Part shown: positions 37,235 through 45,163 of the stretch, piece after piece
Layout of the letters: every line of letters begins with the position of its first letter
Position numbering within the stretch: the stretch's first letter is position 1
Assembly (NCBI GenBank): GCA_913055735.1
Contig: CAJXKD010000001.1
Location: 1,453,099 to 1,517,098 of the forward strand
Direction: 5' to 3'
DNA from: an uncultured Rhodospirillales bacterium
GTDB taxonomy: Bacteria; Pseudomonadota; Alphaproteobacteria; Rhodospirillales; UBA2165
DNA length: 64,000 nucleotides
Notes under the pieces: model-generated
The model's input: only the letters and a program-made list of their open reading frames with translations
Databases searched by the model: none
What the model was told of the DNA's origin: nothing
Made by a program: the position numbers and the translations under genes

Positions 37235-37515
37235 TTCTTGTGCAGAAAGCGTAAGAGCTTGGAGATCTTCTTTTTGGCCAGCGAATAATAAATGGTCTGC
37301 CCGTCGCGGCGGGTTTTGACCAAACCGTCCTTGCGCAGCAGAGCGAGCTGCTGGGACATGGCCTGTTCGCGAACGTCGAGCAACTTGGCCAATTCGCCGA
37401 CGGAAGATTCCCCTTCGACAAGCCGGCATAGGATCAACAGCCGATTGCGGTTGGACAGAACCTTCATAAGGTCCGAAACCTCCTCAGCGGATTTTTGCAT
37501 GTCTTTTAGGTTCAT
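37219..37515 (-). CDS. ArsR/SmtB-family regulator, two-Cys BigR/SqrR-like (copy 2)
   Basis: ORF 37219..37551 starts at a TTG. I trimmed it to ATG 37515 (MNLKDMQKS...), which aligns residue-for-residue with copy 1, including Cys30 (LILC) and Cys96 (NYC). Confidence 0.8.
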   Translation of the reverse strand: MNLKDMQKSAEEVSDLMKVLSNRNRLLILCRLVEGESSVGELAKLLDVREQAMSQQLALLRKDGLVKTRRDGQTIYYSLAKKKISKLLRFLHKNYCPA

Positions 37516-37601
37516 ATTTGCGAACCTATGATGATATCTATTTTCCGTCAAGCCGGATTGGTTGCGAAGCTCAGATTTTCAGGCCTCCGTTGAAAAAATC
37601 C

Positions 37602-37619
37602 CATTGATGCGCATCAATG
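37602..37619. promoter_or_regulatory. perfect 18-bp palindrome CATTGATGCGCATCAATG in the divergent intergenic region (operator candidate)
   Basis: Verified by hand as its own reverse complement. It lies between arsR copy 2 and the dehydrogenase/OFOR operon. Confidence 0.45.
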
Positions 37620-37686
37620 CGGTTAAAAGTCATTGTCCGCAAAATCGAGCCAAATTGCAGACTGCGGTCTGGGAGGACAGTGCGCC

Positions 37687-38844
37687 ATGGATGCTTCGAT
37701 GTATAAACCGGAGACGTCCGCCGCCGATATTAAGTCGCTCTTCGGTTTCGGCGACGGGCTTGGCCCCAACAAAGTGATCCACGTTCATGAAGACTCCATC
37801 GGCCTCGATGGGGTGCTGGTCGTCGACAATGTGGCGGCCGGCCCGTCTATCGGCGGTCTGCGCATGGCCCCCGACGTGACCACCGAGGAATGCTATCGCC
37901 TCGCGCGGGCGATGACCCTCAAGAACGCAGCGGCCGGGCTGCCGCACGGCGGCGGCAAGTCGGTGATTAAGGCGGACCCCCGTATGCCGGCGACCAAGAA
38001 GGAAACGCTGGTACGCGCCTTCGCCTGCGCTCTGCGCGGGGTCGAGGACTATATCTTCGGCCCTGATATGGGTACCAACGAACTTTGCATGGGCTGGGTG
38101 CGTGACGAGATCGGCCGGTCAGTCGGTCTGCCGCGTGCGGTCGGCGGTATTCCCTTGGACGACCTCGGAGCGACCGGCTGGGGCCTGCATCACGCGGTTA
38201 AGACGGCATTGGATTTCGTCGATATGAAGCTCGACGGCGCACGGGTCGTTGTTCAGGGGTTCGGTGCGGTGGGCTATCACGCGGCCCGTTTCCTCAAGGG
38301 TGACGGCGCCAAGCTAATCGCGGCTTCCGATTCCCAAGGCGGGATCCGAAACGATGAGGGTCTTGATGTTGCCGCCCTTCACGCCTTCAAACAAACCGGG
38401 AAGAGCGTCGCCGAATTCGACGGCGGCACACCGCTCGATCGTGACGATCTCATCGCTGTGCCTTGCGATATTTGGGTGCCGGCGGCGCGGCCCGACGTCA
38501 TTACTGCCGACAACGTGGACCGGTTGGAAGCGCGCTTGGTTGCGCAAGGGGCCAATATTCCGGTGACGCTGGAGGCGGAGAGGCGTTTGCACGAACGCAA
38601 TATTCTTAGCCTCCCCGATTTTATTGCCAATGCGGGCGGCGTGATCTGTGCCGCGATGGAATGGCACGAAGCGAGCGAATCGGCGGCGTTCCAGGCGATC
38701 GAAGACAAGATTACGCTCAATGTTCGCGAGGTGCTGGAGCGCGCGACGACGTCCGGCGAGTTGCCCCGAGACGCGGCGGTGACCATGGCTCAGGATCGCG
38801 TGCGGGCCGCGATGAATACCCGGCGTTGGAGAACGTTCTACTAA
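37687..38844 (+). CDS. Glu/Leu/Phe/Val-family amino-acid dehydrogenase
   Basis: ORF 37633..38844 trimmed to ATG 37687 behind GGGAGG. Motifs are GPSIGGLRM, LPHGGGKSVI (catalytic Lys region) and NAD fold VQGFGAVG. Confidence 0.85.
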   Translation: MDASMYKPETSAADIKSLFGFGDGLGPNKVIHVHEDSIGLDGVLVVDNVAAGPSIGGLRMAPDVTTEECYRLARAMTLKNAAAGLPHGGGKSVIKADPRMPATKKETLVRAFACALRGVEDYIFGPDMGTNELCMGWVRDEIGRSVGLPRAVGGIPLDDLGATGWGLHHAVKTALDFVDMKLDGARVVVQGFGAVGYHAARFLKGDGAKLIAASDSQGGIRNDEGLDVAALHAFKQTGKSVAEFDGGTPLDRDDLIAVPCDIWVPAARPDVITADNVDRLEARLVAQGANIPVTLEAERRLHERNILSLPDFIANAGGVICAAMEWHEASESAAFQAIEDKITLNVREVLERATTSGELPRDAAVTMAQDRVRAAMNTRRWRTFY

Positions 38845-38866
38845 ATCGCTTGGGAAGGAGGCATAG

Positions 38867-39799
38867 ATGTACCGGATCCGCTTTCATGGCCGTGGCGGCC
38901 AGGGAATGAAAACGGCGAGCCGCGTGCTCGGATCGGCCTTCTTTCACGAGGGCTTCGAAGTCCAGGATGCCCCGCGCTACGGCGCCGAGCGCCGGGGCGC
39001 GCCGATGAACGCCTATGTTCGCGCCGACCGGGCGCCGATTTACGAGCGCGGCATCATTCTGCGACCTGATCTTGTGATTGTTGCCGACGATACCTTGGTG
39101 CCGATCCCTGCCGCGGGCGTTTTGCAAGGGTTGGATAACCGGAGCGTTTTGTTGATCGACAGCGCCACACCGGAAGACGAATGGCGCAAACGCACCAACA
39201 TCGGTGGTCCCATACTCGTGCTGCCGTTGCCTGACACGGTCGATCGTTCCTCTCTGGCGATGATCGGAATTGCCTGTGCGGGGGCCGCCGCGCGTCTGAT
39301 CGGGGTAATTTCCGAAGACGCCCTCGAGCAAGCGGTGCGCGATGAGCTGGCGCCCTTGGGCGAGGCGGTCGTGGAGAAAAACATCCAAGCGGCCATGGCT
39401 GGTTATGCCGCCATGTCTGACCACGCAGGAACGGTTTCCGAGGGCGTTCCCGCTGCGGCCAGTGGCGCCGGTTCGCCGGACTGGGTGGACGTGCCGGTCG
39501 AAGAAGTGCGGCTTTCCGGTCCGGCTATTCATGCCGGGGCAACGTCGGTGGAGGTGCGCACAGGCCTATGGCGTACATTTCGGCCGGTGATCCATTACGA
39601 TCGCTGCAACCACTGCAACTGGGTTTGCAGCTCTTTCTGTCCGGATAACGCCATATCCGTTGCCGAAGATGGCCGCCCGGTGATCGATTATGATCACTGC
39701 AAGGGGTGCATGATCTGCGTCGTCCAATGTCCGCCGCATGCCATCGAGTCGGTTCTCGAGGTCGAGGCGGCAGCCGCGGAACGAAGGGGGTCGGCATGA
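38867..39799 (+). CDS. 2-oxoacid:ferredoxin oxidoreductase, fused gamma + delta (2x[4Fe-4S]) subunit
   Basis: The N-terminus IRFHGRGGQGMKTASRVLG is a gamma signature. The C-terminus carries CNHCNWVCSSFCP and CKGCMICVVQCP ferredoxin motifs. Confidence 0.85.
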   Translation: MYRIRFHGRGGQGMKTASRVLGSAFFHEGFEVQDAPRYGAERRGAPMNAYVRADRAPIYERGIILRPDLVIVADDTLVPIPAAGVLQGLDNRSVLLIDSATPEDEWRKRTNIGGPILVLPLPDTVDRSSLAMIGIACAGAAARLIGVISEDALEQAVRDELAPLGEAVVEKNIQAAMAGYAAMSDHAGTVSEGVPAAASGAGSPDWVDVPVEEVRLSGPAIHAGATSVEVRTGLWRTFRPVIHYDRCNHCNWVCSSFCPDNAISVAEDGRPVIDYDHCKGCMICVVQCPPHAIESVLEVEAAAAERRGSA

Positions 39800-41040
39800 C
39801 CCGCGCGCTGATCACCGGCAATGCCGCTGCCGCTTGGGGCGGGCGGTTGGCGCGTATGGATTACGTGCCGGCTTTCCCCATTACCCCGCAAACCGAAATC
39901 ATCGAAACCATCGCGAAATGGACCGAGCGTGGCGACATCGCCACACGCATGGTGATGTACGAATCCGAACACAGCATGATCACCGGGGCCGGTGCCGCGG
40001 CCGCCACCGGGGTTAGGGTATTTACCGCCACCTCCAGCCAGGGTCTGCTTTATGGGATGGAGATGCTCTACACCGTCGCGGGCTGGCGTGCCCCGTTTGT
40101 GCTGGTCAACGTTTCGCGTGGCTTGGCCTCGCCCATCACGCTTGAGCCCGATCACAACGACATCATGGCGGCGCGTGATAGCGGGTTCCTGCAAATCCAT
40201 TGCGCGACGTGTCAGGAGGTCGTCGACAGTGTGTTGATGGCCTACCGTCTTGGCGAGGATCATCGGGTACGCTTGCCTGTGATCGTCAACCTAGACGGTT
40301 TTTATCTGTCTTTCACCCGCGAGGCCGTGGACCTGCCGTCGGCCGACGCGGCGGCGGAATTCCTGCCCGCCTTCGATCCGCAAGGCACCGAATTTCGCGC
40401 CGGAAAGCCGGTGAGCCAGGCAGTCGCGGTCTTGGGAGGCGGCACCTATTCCTATTTCCGCTACGAACAGCATCTGGCCGCGCAGGCCGCACTTCCCGTT
40501 TATGACGAGGTTGCCGCCGAGTTCAACGACCGCTTCGGCCGTTTGCATCCGGCGATCGAGTCCTATCGGGCCGAAGATGCTGAGATGGTGTTCGTTATGA
40601 TGGGATCCTTTGCGACAAAGGCCAAGGACGCGGTGGACCGGCTGCGCGAGGCGGGTATCGCGGCGGGCCTTCTGCGCCCGCGTTTGTTCCGGCCGTTCCC
40701 GCGAGATGCGTTCCGGTCCGCCTTGGTGGGCAAGAAAGGCGTTGCGGTGATCGATCAGAACCTGTCCATGGGCATGGGGGGTGTGCTGCATTCGGAATTG
40801 GCGTCGGCACTTTACGGCGCCCCGGATGCCCCCCGCGCCTTGACCAGTTTCGTCGGCGGCCTGGGCGGACGCGATATCGCGCCGGCCGAATTCTATGAAA
40901 TGGCGCACGCGACCCTGCGGGCCGCTGAAACCGGCGAAACGCCGCCGCCACGCCTTATGTATACCCACAGCGAATTGCGCGAGATGCGCAAATTGCAGGC
41001 GGCCGCCCATGTGGAACGCCATGAACAGGATATTGCGTGA
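39796..41040 (+). CDS. 2-oxoacid:ferredoxin oxidoreductase, alpha subunit
   Basis: ORF 39706..41040 trimmed to ATG 39796 (ATGA overlap). MTRALITGNAAAAWGGRLARMDYVPAFPITPQTEI is typical of PorA/VorA. Confidence 0.85.
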   Translation: MTRALITGNAAAAWGGRLARMDYVPAFPITPQTEIIETIAKWTERGDIATRMVMYESEHSMITGAGAAAATGVRVFTATSSQGLLYGMEMLYTVAGWRAPFVLVNVSRGLASPITLEPDHNDIMAARDSGFLQIHCATCQEVVDSVLMAYRLGEDHRVRLPVIVNLDGFYLSFTREAVDLPSADAAAEFLPAFDPQGTEFRAGKPVSQAVAVLGGGTYSYFRYEQHLAAQAALPVYDEVAAEFNDRFGRLHPAIESYRAEDAEMVFVMMGSFATKAKDAVDRLREAGIAAGLLRPRLFRPFPRDAFRSALVGKKGVAVIDQNLSMGMGGVLHSELASALYGAPDAPRALTSFVGGLGGRDIAPAEFYEMAHATLRAAETGETPPPRLMYTHSELREMRKLQAAAHVERHEQDIA

Positions 41041-41975
41041 TGACCGACGTACATTTCCAACGCATGAAGGATCTTCCCTCGACGCATTTGCTTGGAGCTG
41101 GAACGGCCATGTGCGCCGGCTGCGGCGGCCTCGAGATGATCAAGGAGGTCTACGACGTCCTCGGCGAGAACACCGTGTTCGTCAATGCGGCGGGCTGCAT
41201 GACTTTGTTGTCGGTCTATCCGTTTACGCCGTTTCGAGGCTCTTGGCTCTACACCGCGATGGCGTCGTCGCCGGCGGGCGCGCAGGGCGTGCGCGATGCC
41301 CTCGATATCCTCAAAGCCAACGGCCGCATGACCGAGGAAGAAGACCTCGAGGTGGTGGTCCTTTCCGGCGATGGCTCGGCGTCGGGCATGGGCTTGTCGG
41401 CGACGTCGGGGGCGATCGATCGCGGCCTCGATTTCATTTATCTCTGTTACGACAACGAAGGCTACGGCAATACCGGCCAGCAAACGTCACCGGAATCGCC
41501 GCACGGTGCGCGTACCGCGACGGACGCCGTCGGTCCCGGCAACATCGGCTACAAGAAAGACTTGTTCTCCATCTGGGTAGCCAACAAACCCGCTTATGCC
41601 GCGACAGTCGTTGGCGCCGAACCACTCGATCTCGCCCGCAAGATCGAAAAGGCACACGAACTCGAGGGACCACGGCTTATTCTATCATTGGCGCCCTGCC
41701 CGACCGGCTGGGGCTATGATCCCGCGCATACCGTCGAAATTGGCCGCTTGGCGGTGAAAACCGGCGTTTGGCCGCTGAAGGAATATGTCGACGGCAAAGT
41801 CGTGCATACGCGCCATCCCGGAAAACGAACGCCGGTCGAAGCCTACCTCGAGACCCAGGATCGTTTCCGCCATCTGTTTGAACCGGTGCGCAACGACAAG
41901 GTGATCGCCGAAATTCAGGCGCGGGTAGACGCCTATTGGGCCGAGGTGGACGTGGACGATGGCACAAAAGCCTGA
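41040..41975 (+). CDS. 2-oxoacid:ferredoxin oxidoreductase, beta (TPP-binding) subunit
   Basis: MCAGCGG (cluster Cys), GDGSASGMG...YDNEGYGNTGQQ (TPP motif). The start overlaps the alpha stop (GTGATG). Confidence 0.85.
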   Translation: MTDVHFQRMKDLPSTHLLGAGTAMCAGCGGLEMIKEVYDVLGENTVFVNAAGCMTLLSVYPFTPFRGSWLYTAMASSPAGAQGVRDALDILKANGRMTEEEDLEVVVLSGDGSASGMGLSATSGAIDRGLDFIYLCYDNEGYGNTGQQTSPESPHGARTATDAVGPGNIGYKKDLFSIWVANKPAYAATVVGAEPLDLARKIEKAHELEGPRLILSLAPCPTGWGYDPAHTVEIGRLAVKTGVWPLKEYVDGKVVHTRHPGKRTPVEAYLETQDRFRHLFEPVRNDKVIAEIQARVDAYWAEVDVDDGTKA

Positions 41976-43680
41976 TTCCCATCCGGACAAACTGACCAAG
42001 AGCTACTGCCATGTGGGCGGTGACCTTCCGCTTCTGGGCGACACCATCGACGAATGGTTCAAGAAAATCGTCGCACAGTTCCCCGACCGCGACGCCATCG
42101 TTTGCCGTCACCAAGACCGGTGCCTGACCTATCGCGAATTCGACGAGAAGATCGATGCAGCGGCAAAAGGGTTGCTGGGTCTGGGTTTCGCGCGCGGCGA
42201 CCGGATCGGTGTTTGGTCCACCGACAATATCGAATGGCTGATCCTCCAGATGGCGACGGCCCGCATTGGTGCCGTTCTGGTCAATATCAATCCGGCCTAC
42301 CGGCCCCGTGAGCTGGCCTATGCGCTGCAGACATCCGAAGTACAGGGCCTGTTCGTGATCCCGGCATTCAAGAGCAGCGACTATGTCGCGATGCTGCTCG
42401 AAATCATGCCGGAATTAAAAACGGCGGGTGAACCCGAATTCGAAGCCGAATTTCCCCATCTACGCCGCGTGGTGATTTTCGATCCCGCCTGTCCTGACGC
42501 GACGCATGCGCCCGCCGAAGGCTTCGTGACGTGGCAACGGTTTCTGAACGTCGGCCAAACCATCTCTTCTGCCTTGTACCATCAAGCAACCACGGGCCTC
42601 GATGCCGATGACGACATCAATATCCAATACACATCGGGCACGACTGGATTTCCCAAGGCTGTGGTGCTGACCCACCATAATATTCTCAACAACGCCTATT
42701 TTACGGCGCGGGCCATGCGCTTCACCGAACAGGATCGGCTTTGTGTGCCGGTGCCGTTCTATCATTGCTTCGGCATGGTGTTGTCCAACCTGTTATGCTT
42801 TTCCGTCGGCGCCTGCCTGGTGATCCCCGCCGAGCACTTCGATCCTTTGGCGGTGCTGGAAGCGATCGATGCGGAAAAATGCACCGCGTTGCATGGTGTG
42901 CCGACCATGTTCATCGCCGAACTGGAGCATCCCCGGTACGCGGAGTTCGACCTTTCCAGCCTTCGCACGGGCATTATGGCCGGCGCGCCGTGCCCGCCCG
43001 AGTTGATGACACGGGTGATGAAGGACCTGCATTGCCCCGAAATTCTGATCGGCTATGGCCAGACAGAAGCATCGCCGATCACCCATTTGACCCGTCCCGA
43101 CGACAGTTTGGAGCGGCGCACCGAAACCGTCGGCACGAACCTGCCTCATCAGGAAGTGAAGATCATCGATCCCGACGGGCGTACGCTGCCCATCGGCGAT
43201 ATCGGCGAAGTCTGCTTTCGCGGCTATCACGTGATGCGTGGTTATTACGGCAATGAAGAAGCGACGGCCAAGACCATTGATTCCGCCGGGTGGCTTCATT
43301 CCGGCGATCTCGGCGCCATGGACGCGGATGGCTACGTGCGGATTACCGGCCGCCTCAAGGATATGATCATCCGCGGTGGCGAAAATATCTATCCGGCGGA
43401 GATCGAAGCCTTTTTGTTTACTCATCCGAAGATCGCACAAGTCGCGGTATTCGGCGTGCCGGACGAACGGATGGGTGAAGAGGTTGCCGCCTGGGTTCAA
43501 TTGCACGAAGGCAAAACGATGACGGCGGAGGAACTAACGAATTTTTGTGCTGGCGAGATCGCGCATTTCAAAGTTCCCAAGACCATCCGTTTCGTCGATG
43601 GGTTCCCCATGACGGTAACCGGCAAGCTTCAAAAATTCCGCATGCGCGAAATTATGGCGGAAGAACGCGGCGCGGCTTAA
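41959..43680 (+). CDS. AMP-forming acyl-CoA synthetase (ANL superfamily, medium/branched-chain-like)
   Basis: 573 aa with IQYTSGTTGFPKAV, GYGQTE, GWLHSGD and IIRGGENIYPAEIE. The start overlaps the beta-subunit gene by 17 nt. Confidence 0.9.
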   Translation: MAQKPDSHPDKLTKSYCHVGGDLPLLGDTIDEWFKKIVAQFPDRDAIVCRHQDRCLTYREFDEKIDAAAKGLLGLGFARGDRIGVWSTDNIEWLILQMATARIGAVLVNINPAYRPRELAYALQTSEVQGLFVIPAFKSSDYVAMLLEIMPELKTAGEPEFEAEFPHLRRVVIFDPACPDATHAPAEGFVTWQRFLNVGQTISSALYHQATTGLDADDDINIQYTSGTTGFPKAVVLTHHNILNNAYFTARAMRFTEQDRLCVPVPFYHCFGMVLSNLLCFSVGACLVIPAEHFDPLAVLEAIDAEKCTALHGVPTMFIAELEHPRYAEFDLSSLRTGIMAGAPCPPELMTRVMKDLHCPEILIGYGQTEASPITHLTRPDDSLERRTETVGTNLPHQEVKIIDPDGRTLPIGDIGEVCFRGYHVMRGYYGNEEATAKTIDSAGWLHSGDLGAMDADGYVRITGRLKDMIIRGGENIYPAEIEAFLFTHPKIAQVAVFGVPDERMGEEVAAWVQLHEGKTMTAEELTNFCAGEIAHFKVPKTIRFVDGFPMTVTGKLQKFRMREIMAEERGAA

Positions 43681-43698
43681 ATATACCTTCCGTCTGGC

Positions 43699-43739
43699 GC
43701 AAATATATACTTGCGAAGGTATGAAGGTAAGAATATATT
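43699..43739 (+). promoter_or_regulatory. candidate sqr promoter (TTGCGA-N17-TATATT) overlapped by near-palindrome GCAAATATATACTTGC
   Basis: -35 at 43711-16 and -10 at 43734-39. The 16-bp element at 43699-43714 is 14/16 self-complementary. Further ATATATT cores occur at 43733-39 and 43784-90. Confidence 0.35.
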
Positions 43740-43855
43740 ATTAGCTGATTATACGCCTTGTGACCGCGCCGCGCGGACCAAACATATATTAATAAGCCTC
43801 ATTTTGAGGTGCGCGACGATGGGATGGGGGAGCCTTCCGGGAAAGGAGTCTGAAC

Positions 43856-45145
43856 ATGTCTCACATCGTCATTCTAGGGGCCGGTCTGGGTGGTATCCCC
43901 ATGGCCTATGAAATGCGCGCGCAACTCGGCAAGGAAGATCGTCTGACGGTCATTTCCGACCGTGACCATTTTCAGTTCACACCGTCCAATCCGTGGCTCG
44001 CCGTCAATTGGCGGAAACCCGACCAAATAACAGTCAAGCTCGAGCCTATTTTCAAAAAACGCAAAATAGGATTCCATTCGGTCGGTGCCAAAAGGGTCGT
44101 GCCTGAGAAAAACCAAGTTGAGCTCAACGATGGCCAAGTTGTCGATTACGACTATCTCGTGATCGCAACAGGGCCCGAACTCGCCTTCGACGAGATCGAC
44201 GGGTTGGGACCGCATACCGGCTTCACCCAATCGATCTGTACGGTTGAACATGCCACGACGGCATCGGAGGCCTGGGAAAAGTTCGTCAAAAATCCGGGGC
44301 CCATCATCATCGGTGCGGTGCAGGGGGCGTCCTGCTTCGGCCCTGCTTACGAGTTTGCGTTCATCGTCGATACGGAGTTGCGCCGCCGCAAGCTGCGTGA
44401 CCAGGTGCCCATTACTTATGTAACTCCGGAGCCCTACATCGGACATTTGGGCTTGGACGGGGTCGGCGATACCAAGTCGATGTTGGAATCCGAATTCCGC
44501 CAGCGCCACATCAAATGGATCACCAACGCCAGCGTCGAAAAGGTCGCCGATGGCACCATGACCGTGGTTGAACACAACGCAGATGGCGAAGAAAAAGAAC
44601 GTCACGACCTGCCCTTCGGTTACAGCATGATGCTGCCGGCGTTCCGCGGCATTCCGGCTGTGTTCGGTATTGAGGGGCTGACCAATCCGCGCGGTTTCAT
44701 CACCATCGACGAGTTCCAGCGGAACCAAAAGTATCAGAACGTGTACTCGGTGGGTGTCTGCGTCGCCATCGCGCCGCCGGAGGCGACCCCTGTCGCCACT
44801 GGCGTTCCCAAGACCGGGTTTATGATCGAAAGCATGGTGACGGCCGCCGTGCATAACATTCGCCAGGCAATGGATGGTAAGGATCCAACGCATAAAGCCA
44901 CCTGGAATGCCCTTTGCCTCGCCGATTTCGGCGACACGGGCGTGGCCTTCCTCGCCATGCCTCAAATTCCGCCACGCAACGTCAGCTGGGCGTCCGAAGG
45001 CAAATGGGTCCATCTCGCCAAGATCGCGTTCGAGAAATACTTTTTGCGCAAGGTGCGGACGGGTAACGTCGATCCCATCGTCGAGAAGTACGTACTCAAG
45101 CTGCTCGGCATTGATAAACTCAAGACACCGGCGCCCGGCGAGTAA
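43856..45145 (+). CDS. sqr: sulfide:quinone oxidoreductase (type-I-like SQR)
   Basis: 429 aa. FAD fold is IVILGAGLGG. Three Cys sit in SQR-like contexts (QSICTVEH, GASCFGPAYE, NALCLADFGD). RBS is AAGGAG. Confidence 0.85.
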   Translation: MSHIVILGAGLGGIPMAYEMRAQLGKEDRLTVISDRDHFQFTPSNPWLAVNWRKPDQITVKLEPIFKKRKIGFHSVGAKRVVPEKNQVELNDGQVVDYDYLVIATGPELAFDEIDGLGPHTGFTQSICTVEHATTASEAWEKFVKNPGPIIIGAVQGASCFGPAYEFAFIVDTELRRRKLRDQVPITYVTPEPYIGHLGLDGVGDTKSMLESEFRQRHIKWITNASVEKVADGTMTVVEHNADGEEKERHDLPFGYSMMLPAFRGIPAVFGIEGLTNPRGFITIDEFQRNQKYQNVYSVGVCVAIAPPEATPVATGVPKTGFMIESMVTAAVHNIRQAMDGKDPTHKATWNALCLADFGDTGVAFLAMPQIPPRNVSWASEGKWVHLAKIAFEKYFLRKVRTGNVDPIVEKYVLKLLGIDKLKTPAPGE

Positions 45146-45163
45146 GGTCCGGAGAAAGAAAGA

